64,000 nucleotides of DNA from Bacteroidales bacterium (GCA_017549765.1 JAFYNM010000029.1:21024-85023); one strand, 5' to 3'. Counted from the first letter of the stretch, positions 29,017-36,733 are shown. Translations and numbers: made by a program. Notes: a model not told the origin generated them from the sequence alone.

Positions 29017-31629
29017 TTAGAAGGTCACCCGCAAGGAGATCCGGATGCCGTTCTTGTCCCAGCCCTTCAAGTCTTTGGCGTAGGTGAGTCGGCGGACATA
29101 GTCGATGCGCAGGAATTGGAAGATATTCTCAATGCCGGCAGTCATCTCCATGTAAGGCAGTTTGCCTAGTTGTCCGCAACCGTCGGGGAACAGATAGAGT
29201 CCTGGCGTGCCAGAGTCGGGGTTGTTCTTGGCCGACAAACCGCCATAGACGCCGCTGAAGGAGAGTACCTCGCGGAACTTCAGACGGTTCCACAGCGGGA
29301 TGCGGTTGAAAATCCAGCCTTTCAGATAGTAGGTGGCATAGAGGCTCACATACTTGTCCATGATGAACTCCATCGGCTTCATCAGGCAGAAGGCGTTGGA
29401 GGCGAGGAAGATAGAACGGTTGCTTGGCGGTATGTATAGCTTCGGGAACGGTGCCGTGTTCCAGACGATGCCAGCCTGTAGCGTGGCGTCGATATGCCCG
29501 AAGGCAGAGAGCCAGAAGCGTTTCTCCACGGAGAAGTCGGTGCGATGGTACCAATAGCGGAGGTCAAGGAGCCCGCTGGTGTGCGTGAGCCGCAACACAG
29601 GGGCGTTCTTGGAGAGTTTGATGTTCTCGTTGCCAGACTGGTTGTTGTACAGTCGTTCGCCCGGCGACCAGCGGAGCTGCATGCACCATTCTAGATTCTG
29701 AAAGGAGGTGATCCGTGAGATGCCGCCGTCGGGGTTGATGCGCCAGTACATCAGCGTGCCGGTGGCCTCGTTGTTCTCATACTGCACCCAGGTGTCTAAA
29801 CTGAGCCGGAAGGGCCACTCCTTTTCGTAGCGCAACTTGAGGCGTTGCACATACTGCGCGGAGAGCGATGGCTCCCCGGTGCTGTACGACATCAGGAAGT
29901 TGTCGCGTTCCATGTAACCATAACTCTGCCCCGGCATCTCGACGTCGTACATGGTGCTGAACGACAAAGCATGGCGTGGGTGCTCGTTGTAATGGCGCTC
30001 TTTCTTGACAAAGCTGTGAATCAAAGTGGCCTTGTACTTGAGTCGCTGGTCACCAAGACCGAAGGCGACGTACCAGTTCAGGAACCACCGCTCGTGAGCT
30101 TTGGCCGTGGTCATGCCCCCGAAACGCAGTCGGACGCCCTCCGTGGGGTTGTAGCTGACCATGTTGTAGATGGAGCCGATGTCGAAACCGCTCTCCTTGC
30201 GGTCTTTGGCTGTGGCGATGTAGCCCGTGGAGAGGATCTCTGCCGTCTTTTCCAGCACTTTGAAGGCGGGCAGCCGCCGTAGCTCTGTTGAGAGACTGTC
30301 CATGAACGACTCCTTGGCGGTCAGGGGCAGGGGCCTCATCTTCTTCCATTGCCAGCTTCTGTATTTGGTGTTGGGCGCGTCGGCCATGCCGCCCGACAAG
30401 ATGGCACTCAGCGAGTCCGGCATCGTGGCGCCGATCTCATAGTTGTACCACAGGGTGTTCTGCCGGATGTAGATCTGCTTCGTCTTTTTGCGTTTGGTAA
30501 GGGAGAAAGAGGCGAATGTCTGTGCGGCATTGGGCACCCATAAGCCGGTGTCCAGACGCACGAAGTCCTGCTCGATACGGAGCTGCCGGACAAAGTTCAT
30601 GTTGATGTCAACGGGCACATTGATAGCGTATCGCTTCAACGCGTAGGTGCTGTCGTTGACGATGTACAACCTTCCACTGAAGCCGAAGGTGCGGCTGTTC
30701 ACGGGTGAGAAGGAGAGCTCGATGCAGGGGATGCCGTCCACATCCACCGTGTCCGTGATGAAGTAATGGTAGTAGATGGTGGCCAATGAAGAGGATAGGG
30801 GACTGACGAACTTGTTGAGCATAAGCTCTATGTCGTTGTCGAAGATGTTGACTTCGGTGAAGATGTCCTCCAGACCGGCACCTTCTCCCTCTTCATCCAA
30901 GACCTCGTCGGCACCTTGCATCCTGCGGGCCGTCACGTAGGTCACATTGCGACGCGGGGAGCGTTGGTAGTAGAGGTCGGCCAGACTCTCCCGCAGCGAG
31001 AGTGTCAATACGGGCATCTCCTCCTCGGGGATGGTATCGACATATTTCTCCAAGAAGGAAAACTGCTGGCGGAAGTCATTTTTGTAAAAGTCAAAGTCGA
31101 AACGGCCAAAGGTCATCACCATTTTTTTGTATTGCTGGGCTTTGTAGCTGTCGGCAGCCTCCATGCGGTAGCGATCTTTGTTTTTGATGACGTTTTGCAC
31201 CAGTTCCACGGCAGGGTTGCCCTTGCGGGTGTATCTCTGCTTTTTTTTCTTGGAGATCACGACCTCTTGCAGCGGCTGAGAGGTGCTGATGATGAAGTTT
31301 CGTTGCCGTTGTTTGCGGTTGACAATCACCGTGTCCGGATCATAAAAAAGATAGCGGACAATCAAGGTGTCGGTGTTCGTGTAGGATATTCTGTAGGAGC
31401 CGTCCATGCCCGTATAGGTGCCTACGGATGTGTTGAGCCATTGCAGCTGGGCCATATAGACAGCCACGGTGTCCCCTTTGTCGTCAATGCTGAAAACTTT
31501 TCCTGAAAGCGTCTGTGCGTGGAGCTGGCCCAGAAAAAGTGTCTGGAGCAACAGCCAGCCCGCGAACAGGCGCCGTTTCCATTTTTTGTATGACGATGAT
31601 TTCTCTGACATGAAAAGACCTTGCCGCAA
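29017..31629 (-). CDS. DUF5686 / carboxypeptidase-regulatory-like domain outer membrane protein
   Basis: 870 aa. Signal, N-terminal CarboxypepD_reg-like segment (LSGKVFS..GMDGSYRISY), long beta-rich body, C-terminal RVTF. Confidence 0.7.
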   Translation of the reverse strand: MRQGLFMSEKSSSYKKWKRRLFAGWLLLQTLFLGQLHAQTLSGKVFSIDDKGDTVAVYMAQLQWLNTSVGTYTGMDGSYRISYTNTDTLIVRYLFYDPDTVIVNRKQRQRNFIISTSQPLQEVVISKKKKQRYTRKGNPAVELVQNVIKNKDRYRMEAADSYKAQQYKKMVMTFGRFDFDFYKNDFRQQFSFLEKYVDTIPEEEMPVLTLSLRESLADLYYQRSPRRNVTYVTARRMQGADEVLDEEGEGAGLEDIFTEVNIFDNDIELMLNKFVSPLSSSLATIYYHYFITDTVDVDGIPCIELSFSPVNSRTFGFSGRLYIVNDSTYALKRYAINVPVDINMNFVRQLRIEQDFVRLDTGLWVPNAAQTFASFSLTKRKKTKQIYIRQNTLWYNYEIGATMPDSLSAILSGGMADAPNTKYRSWQWKKMRPLPLTAKESFMDSLSTELRRLPAFKVLEKTAEILSTGYIATAKDRKESGFDIGSIYNMVSYNPTEGVRLRFGGMTTAKAHERWFLNWYVAFGLGDQRLKYKATLIHSFVKKERHYNEHPRHALSFSTMYDVEMPGQSYGYMERDNFLMSYSTGEPSLSAQYVQRLKLRYEKEWPFRLSLDTWVQYENNEATGTLMYWRINPDGGISRITSFQNLEWCMQLRWSPGERLYNNQSGNENIKLSKNAPVLRLTHTSGLLDLRYWYHRTDFSVEKRFWLSAFGHIDATLQAGIVWNTAPFPKLYIPPSNRSIFLASNAFCLMKPMEFIMDKYVSLYATYYLKGWIFNRIPLWNRLKFREVLSFSGVYGGLSAKNNPDSGTPGLYLFPDGCGQLGKLPYMEMTAGIENIFQFLRIDYVRRLTYAKDLKGWDKNGIRISLRVTF

Positions 31630-31702
31630 AACTGCATAACGAGCCCAGGCCTTTTTTATTATAAGGTAGAAAATTAAAATGAAGTATGGGGTAGGGTGGG
31701 CA

Positions 31703-32107
31703 TTACTCTACCAGCACATTCAGCACTTTGACAAAGTCACCGCTCTTGCAGCGCAGATGGCATACGTCTCCTTGCTGGTACAGGGAGTCGGCGAAAAACA
31801 TCCGGAACTCCAGCGTCAAGATGCGGCTGTCACCATGTGAATCGGAAAGCCATTGGAGGTTGCCGTCACCGCTGTGCAACTCCACTGGATAACCTGCCGG
31901 CTGTTGCCAGTAGAAATGCCAGTCCGCGCCCTGATTGATGGCTTTGATGCCTATTTCCTGATAGGTGTTCAACAACACGGTGATACTGTCGTTTGTGATC
32001 TCCTGCCCATCCACATAAAACCGCACATTCGTATCCACTTTCGGTTGCTCACACGACATCAGTCCGACTAGTGTTATCACTAAGAAAAATAAAGATGACT
32101 TTTTCAT
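31703..32107 (-). CDS. hypothetical lipoprotein
   Basis: 134 aa. Lipobox LMSC. Confidence 0.6.
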   Translation of the reverse strand: MKKSSLFFLVITLVGLMSCEQPKVDTNVRFYVDGQEITNDSITVLLNTYQEIGIKAINQGADWHFYWQQPAGYPVELHSGDGNLQWLSDSHGDSRILTLEFRMFFADSLYQQGDVCHLRCKSGDFVKVLNVLVE

Positions 32108-32110
32108 ATC

Positions 32111-32152
32111 TCAACTCCTAACTTTTAACTCTTAACTCTTAACTCTTAACTA
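32111..32152. repeat. heptamer array (TCAACTC CTAACTT TTAACTC x3 TTAACTA) filling an operon spacer
   Basis: Six phased units. The last unit contains the stop codon (32150-32152) of the upstream gene. The array ends 3 nt from the next start codon (32107). Confidence 0.92.
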
Positions 32153-33901
32153 GAACTCGTATCCTATGCCCACACTTCCAAACCCTTTATATCCCGCGCC
32201 CAGCTCCAGACTGCCGAACACATGGTGCCAGCCGGCTTTTACGCCTAGCAATGTGACGTGCAGCATGGAGAATTGGGTAGGGGTGTAGTCCCCGTTTATG
32301 CCGTCGCTGAACCAGGGGTGTCGGTTTTCGGGGTAGGTGACATCAAAGCACTCCTCTGTGCCGAAGAACTGCGCGATGCCTACGGACAATGCCGAATAAA
32401 GGGTGACGTGCGGACGGTTCAGATAGGAAAAGCGGATCTCAGGCATGAAAGCCATGGTGTAGAAATCACGGTTGCATGAAGCCATGATCTCTGTACCATT
32501 TTGTACCGTTTCAGGATCCTGATAGGCGGCAACACTGAACGACAGGCCAACCCAAAACCACTTGGCCACGCGGTAATGGGAAGACAGCGAGAATACCGGC
32601 GTGCTGGTAAACGACTTGTTTCTCCAAGTGCGATTAGGCTCCATGCCATTGGGATAGACGAACACAAAATAGCGGTCGAAGAGCATCACGCCCGTAGGGT
32701 CGCACACATCGAACTTGAACTCATGGCGATAGAGACCCTCCTCGGTCCAGTGAGCACAGTTCTTGGCGCATCTTTTTGGCTTTTGGAATGTATGGATGAA
32801 GGTGATTTGCGTGTTGAACATGTTGCTGCGCAGACGGAAGGTGCCGTTGTCGTAGGAGACAGGCATTACACTATGATCTCCATTATATCCATCCAACCGC
32901 ACCGTGTAGTTGCCTTGGGCGAAATCCTTGAAGGGAAGATCTATGCCGATGGTCCAGCGGAGCAGTCCTCCGTATCCCAACCGGAAATAGAATCCCGCAT
33001 CCGCCAGAAAGTCCGCATTGAAACGGTTGGCATCCAACACTTCCGGGGCCAGTCGCAGGTGGCTGTAATACTCGGTGGTGTCGGGCCATATCAGTCCTTG
33101 CATGGAATAGGGACTGCTGACATCGTTATCGTAGCCGGCTACAAAGGTGTACCAGGGCATCCGAAGCCTCACACCGGCATCAACCGTTACCCAAGCCTTT
33201 TGTGAGATGGGTGCGTGAAACTCGAACTTCACGGGCATAGAAAGACCGGTGCTGTAGATGCCATAGTGGGTGCCGTGAAAGGGTACTCTGTTCTCGTTTG
33301 CTATCCACGATTCGTCCCAATCATTGCGACAAAGGAAATGAAAAGCCCCTGTGGTGCCATAACTCAAACCGGCTGAGACACCAAGATATTTGGCAAAGTG
33401 GTAGGCGAACTCCAAACCGATATGACCGCCAATAGAATTTTTCGCCCTCATATAGTTTGTGTTCGACAACTTGGCCTTGGACAGCAGGTCGGCCTCAAGC
33501 ACATAGCCCAGATGGAAACCATCAAAGAACACCGCTTCGGGCAAGAAATCCGTCTTCTTGACCTTCTTGTCTTTTCGAGATAACTCTTCTTCCTCGGCTG
33601 GTGTTTGAGGTTCAGAAACGATCGTCTCTTTCGACTTTGGGAGTGTGTTCTCCGAGGCGTTGTCCATATCCGCAACATTTTTCTCGCTTGCTGAATGGTT
33701 TAATCTTAAGGTGTCGTGGATGTAGGTCGTGTCGCGCACGATGAGTGTGTCGTGAATCACCTCCGTCTCATACAGATAAAGCGTGTCGCGATGCTGCGCC
33801 GACAACCTTAACGAAGGTACGAGCAACAAGATTATAACGAATACCCTTCTCATCATACTGTATGAAAGATGTTCCATATAAAACTTATTTTCAGAATCCA
33901 T
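32150..33901 (-). CDS. hypothetical outer-membrane beta-barrel-like protein
   Basis: Signal MMRRVFVIILLLVPSLRLSAQ, so the true start may be 33856. N-terminal DT-rich strand repeats, an acidic linker, a beta-rich body, and a C-terminal GIGYEF ending in Phe. Confidence 0.6.
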   Translation of the reverse strand: MDSENKFYMEHLSYSMMRRVFVIILLLVPSLRLSAQHRDTLYLYETEVIHDTLIVRDTTYIHDTLRLNHSASEKNVADMDNASENTLPKSKETIVSEPQTPAEEEELSRKDKKVKKTDFLPEAVFFDGFHLGYVLEADLLSKAKLSNTNYMRAKNSIGGHIGLEFAYHFAKYLGVSAGLSYGTTGAFHFLCRNDWDESWIANENRVPFHGTHYGIYSTGLSMPVKFEFHAPISQKAWVTVDAGVRLRMPWYTFVAGYDNDVSSPYSMQGLIWPDTTEYYSHLRLAPEVLDANRFNADFLADAGFYFRLGYGGLLRWTIGIDLPFKDFAQGNYTVRLDGYNGDHSVMPVSYDNGTFRLRSNMFNTQITFIHTFQKPKRCAKNCAHWTEEGLYRHEFKFDVCDPTGVMLFDRYFVFVYPNGMEPNRTWRNKSFTSTPVFSLSSHYRVAKWFWVGLSFSVAAYQDPETVQNGTEIMASCNRDFYTMAFMPEIRFSYLNRPHVTLYSALSVGIAQFFGTEECFDVTYPENRHPWFSDGINGDYTPTQFSMLHVTLLGVKAGWHHVFGSLELGAGYKGFGSVGIGYEF

Positions 33902-33903
33902 AA

Positions 33904-33938
33904 TCAACTCTTAACTTTTAACTTTTAACTCTTAATTG
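33904..33938. repeat. heptamer array (TCAACTC TTAACTT x2 TTAACTC TTAATTG)
   Basis: Five phased units. The last contains the stop codon 33932-33934 of the upstream gene. Confidence 0.9.
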
Positions 33939-34498
33939 ATAACGATGGTGTCCTTCACAATTACGGACTCCCTTATCCGCACCGTGTCGCGTTTAATGAC
34001 AGTCTTCTTGACGATCACAGGTTCGGATGCCGTGGATGTTGCCGTGGCCTCGGGTCTTGTCGTCTTGACGGTTTCCTGCTTTGGAGAAGAAGCCTTGGGG
34101 GCGGTCGAAGATGATGCCGTCTGATGCTTAGGCTCGACAACAGCTTGTTCAAAGGATTCTGCTGTATAAACGGCAGTGTCGTCAGGAAGGGTCTCTTCCT
34201 GCAAGGTGTCGGAAACCATGCAGGCTCTGTTTTCGACCGGGGACTTGGTGGTTGCTTTGTCGGTCAGCGCGTTCGTGACCGCCAGGGTGCCGCCCACGCC
34301 CACGGCGAAGGAGACTGTTCCGATCAGGATCTCTTTGGTGTGGGCCAGCAGCCAGATGCCGGCGCCGGTCTTGGAAGCGGCTGCGGCGGACGCGATCTCG
34401 GCATCCGTCAGCATTTGCCGCGGCGGACGCGACACATCCGACACGCCCTGCTCAAACAGGCGGTCCACATCCATCGGCTTGTTTGTATTTTTTCTCAT
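33932..34498 (-). CDS. single-pass membrane protein, possible anti-sigma-like partner of the ECF sigma
   Basis: 188 aa. Short cytoplasmic N-terminus, one TM helix (ILIGTVSFAVGVGGTLAV), S/T/P-rich linker, C-terminal VIKRDTVRIRESVIVKDTIVIN. The function is inferred from context only. Confidence 0.4.
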   Translation of the reverse strand: MRKNTNKPMDVDRLFEQGVSDVSRPPRQMLTDAEIASAAAASKTGAGIWLLAHTKEILIGTVSFAVGVGGTLAVTNALTDKATTKSPVENRACMVSDTLQEETLPDDTAVYTAESFEQAVVEPKHQTASSSTAPKASSPKQETVKTTRPEATATSTASEPVIVKKTVIKRDTVRIRESVIVKDTIVIN

Positions 34499-34528
34499 AC
34501 GTTTGTTTGATATTCTTTTCGATTGTTA

Positions 34529-34608
34529 TGCCCGCACACCTACGGCGTGCGATTGTTATTTTCTCGTGCTCTTGTTGCTACCAACCCCTGCAGACCTCCG
34601 GCCTGCAA
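34529..34608. repeat. about 80-bp intergenic repeat, copy A (two hairpins with ACCTNCGGC loops)
   Basis: The end modules TGCCCGCACACCTACGGCGTGCG and CTACCAACCCCTGCAGACCTCCGGCCTGCAA match copy B at 22/23 and 29/31 positions. Confidence 0.8.
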
Positions 34609-34669
34609 ATCCGCCTCATTTTCCATTCCCCAATTCTTATTCCTTCTCCACCGAGCTCTTGTCCCTGAA

Positions 34670-34708
34670 CTACCCCGCCCTTCGGGCACCCCTTCTAAGA
34701 AGGGGAAT
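34670..34708 (+). repeat. 39-nt GC-rich hairpin element, copy 1
   Basis: CTACCCCGCCCTTCGGGCACCCCTTCTAAGAAGGGGAAT recurs in inverted orientation at 58172-58211 with one indel. Confidence 0.85.
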
Positions 34709-34720
34709 GGATCGCTCAAT

Positions 34721-34762
34721 GTAACTCTTAACTTTTAACTTTTAACTCTTAACTCTTAACTA
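34721..34762. repeat. heptamer array (GTAACTC TTAACTT x2 TTAACTC x2 TTAACTA)
   Basis: Six phased units. The last contains the stop codon 34756-34758 of the upstream gene. Confidence 0.9.
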
Positions 34763-35235
34763 TTATCTATCATCTGTTCCTCCGTAACAACATAAGTGAG
34801 TTTCCCGTATGTGCTATGGCCATTAAACCAGCGGCCGTAGTGGTGCTTTTCCTCGTATTTGTAGTGTGTGGAGTTGAAATTGTAAGGACTGATCCCCGTG
34901 GTGTCGGTTCGGTAATAGACGATTTGAGGTTCCGTCTCCCCGTTGAAGCGGAAAGTGACGCTGTCGCCGTAATATTGGAGAAACACCTCGATGCCCTCTT
35001 CTAGGCTGGCTTCTCCGATGCCTCCGGTGCCTTGAATGACAACCTCTTCGCTTGGGGCGAGCGTGTAGGTTTTGTTCTCCACAGTATAGCTTGGTTCACC
35101 AGTGCCACACTCGCGAGTGCCCGGGATGACCGTCACGGTGTGTGACGATTCGTTGCGGATGACCATGCTCTCATAGTAGCCTGGGTCGCAGGCGGTTATG
35201 GTGACTAGTAGCAGGATGATGGTGAGCATCCTCAT
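34756..35235 (-). CDS. hypothetical lipoprotein
   Basis: Start placed at MRMLTIILLLVTITAC (lipobox). The 42 extra N-terminal codons in the ORF track translate an intergenic repeat. Confidence 0.55.
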   Translation of the reverse strand: MRMLTIILLLVTITACDPGYYESMVIRNESSHTVTVIPGTRECGTGEPSYTVENKTYTLAPSEEVVIQGTGGIGEASLEEGIEVFLQYYGDSVTFRFNGETEPQIVYYRTDTTGISPYNFNSTHYKYEEKHHYGRWFNGHSTYGKLTYVVTEEQMIDNS

Positions 35236-35292
35236 GCTGCGGCCTGCGGCCTTGGTGTTGCTTTCCAACCCCATACTGCGGCCTGCGGCCTT
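35233..35292. repeat. two copies of a 21-nt GC-rich unit, 39 nt apart, each ending in ATG on the minus strand
   Basis: CATGCTGCGGCCTGCGGCCTT at 35233-35253 and CATACTGCGGCCTGCGGCCTT at 35272-35292. Confidence 0.8.
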
Positions 35293-35385
35293 GTGTGGGG
35301 TTAATTGCACTTCGTGCGTCTTGCCTCTCCGAGGCTGCTCAAGGAAAATATTTTCTTTCATAAATGTGGTAGCTAAAGATTTGGG

Positions 35386-35880
35386 TTATTTCTTCACAAA
35401 GGTGTAACAAAAACCATCGCAGCATTCATCGCAGAACGAAAAGACTTCTCCTTCGGCTTCGCTATGCCCAAGGGTTGCAAAGTATTTGTACGAGCACAGC
35501 GATAATTTTCCGTTGAAGGCCTCTGCCACTTTCTTCCACTGAGCCTCTGTCAGATGAAAGCGTATGTTGAACCAGGAGTAGAAAGGCTCATCCTCCTCGC
35601 CTTTGTTGGTGTACATGGTCTCATCCACATCATAATCAATGTGATAGGTCCCGGATGTTACTTTCTCTCCATCTTTATAGAGGGTGAAGCTGCTGCCTTT
35701 GAAGACGATCTCGGCCTCGAAGCCTTCGGTCTCAGGGGTGTAGTACCACCCGCCGATACCGCCCGAGGTGCAGGTCCATCGCCATGTGCCAGCGAGCTCT
35801 TTCTTCTCGGGCTTGCTGCAGGCGGCTGTCAGCAAGACCAATAACAATAGCAGTGTTGCAATTTTTGTGATTCTTTTCAT
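35386..35880 (-). CDS. hypothetical lipoprotein
   Basis: Start placed at MKRITKIATLLLLLVLLTAACS (lipobox). Cys-rich C-terminus FCDECCDGFC. Confidence 0.55.
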   Translation of the reverse strand: MKRITKIATLLLLLVLLTAACSKPEKKELAGTWRWTCTSGGIGGWYYTPETEGFEAEIVFKGSSFTLYKDGEKVTSGTYHIDYDVDETMYTNKGEEDEPFYSWFNIRFHLTEAQWKKVAEAFNGKLSLCSYKYFATLGHSEAEGEVFSFCDECCDGFCYTFVKK

Positions 35881-35934
35881 ACAAATAATATATTTGTGTT
35901 TGACAATTCTCAAAATCCAATTCTCCATCGTTTT

Positions 35935-36012
35935 TGCCCGCACACCTCCGGCGTGCGTTTTTCCCCCTCATTGCCCGCGTTCTACCAACCCCTGCAAACC
36001 TCCGGCGTGCAA
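35935..36012. repeat. about 80-bp intergenic repeat, copy B
   Basis: TGCCCGCACACCTCCGGCGTGCG ... CTACCAACCCCTGCAAACCTCCGGCGTGCAA, collinear with copy A. Confidence 0.8.
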
Positions 36013-36088
36013 TAACTCCCAACACCCAACTCTTAACTCTTAACTCTTAACTCCTAACTTCTAACTTCTAACTTCTAACTCCTAACTC
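36012..36088. repeat. heptamer array, 11 units (ATAACTC CCAACAC CCAACTC TTAACTC x3 CTAACTT x3 CTAACTC x2)
   Basis: The last three sense codons and the stop (36075-36077) of the sigma-factor gene are encoded by array units. Confidence 0.92.
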
Positions 36089-36581
36089 TCTTCACCGTTA
36101 TCCTCGCCTGCAGCTCCCCTCGGGCTCTGTTGAGCAGCACTTTGGAGTTGGCAACTGAGATTCCAAGTGTCTTGGCAATCTCTTTGTGCGAGCAGTGCTC
36201 CACGGCGTAGAGGTTGAAGACCGTGCGCTGCTTGACGGACAGCTTGCTGATGGCATCCAGCAGCTCCTCTTGTGAAAACACCGGCAGCATCTCCAGTGGT
36301 TCTTCGGCCATGGGCTCCTCAACGGCTATCTCCTCGTCCAACTCCACCATTTCGGGTCGGTTGCGCAGGTACATCAGGGCCTCGTTGACCGCTATCTTCT
36401 TGATCCATCTCTCGAAACTGCCCAATGCGTGATAGGAGTCAGACTTCTCTATGGCGTGCAGAAAAGCATCCTGTGCCAAGTCCTCAGCCACCTGCCAGTC
36501 GCCCACATAGCGATAGCACACACTCACCATCTTGCCGATGTTGTCCCGATACTGTTTCGTCCAGAAGTCAGCTTTCTTCAT
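36075..36581 (-). CDS. RNA polymerase sigma-70 family ECF sigma factor
   Basis: 168 aa. Region 2 (AEDLAQDAFLHAIEK..FERWIKKIAVNEAL) and region 4 (RTVFNLYAVEHCSHKEIAKTLGISVANSKVLLNRAR). Confidence 0.88.
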   Translation of the reverse strand: MKKADFWTKQYRDNIGKMVSVCYRYVGDWQVAEDLAQDAFLHAIEKSDSYHALGSFERWIKKIAVNEALMYLRNRPEMVELDEEIAVEEPMAEEPLEMLPVFSQEELLDAISKLSVKQRTVFNLYAVEHCSHKEIAKTLGISVANSKVLLNRARGELQARITVKRVRS

Positions 36582-36611
36582 CCGATCGTTCCTCGTACAT
36601 TAAATAGGATG

Positions 36612-36619
36612 CAAAAATA
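36612..36619 (-). promoter_or_regulatory. -7 promoter box (TATTTTTG on minus strand) for the ECF sigma gene
   Basis: Plus-strand CAAAAATA, 31 nt upstream of the start at 36581. Confidence 0.5.
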
Positions 36620-36666
36620 AAAAAAGGTTACATCTTTTTTGATTTCCGAGCTACCATATTTTTTGT

Positions 36667-36674
36667 TACTTTTG
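36667..36674 (+). promoter_or_regulatory. -7 promoter box TACTTTTG for pfp-murA
   Basis: Exact TAnnTTTG, 60 nt upstream of the ATG at 36734. Confidence 0.5.
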
Positions 36675-36733
36675 CCGCGTGGTAGCACGATGTGCCACTT
36701 CTTTTTGTGTCAATTAATTAAAATAATCGCAAT

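Noticed and set aside
35236-35361. N-terminal extensions of the two small lipoprotein ORFs (also 35881-35943)
   Set aside because: The extensions translate intergenic repeat sequence and would bury otherwise canonical lipoprotein signals, so I chose the internal Met starts.
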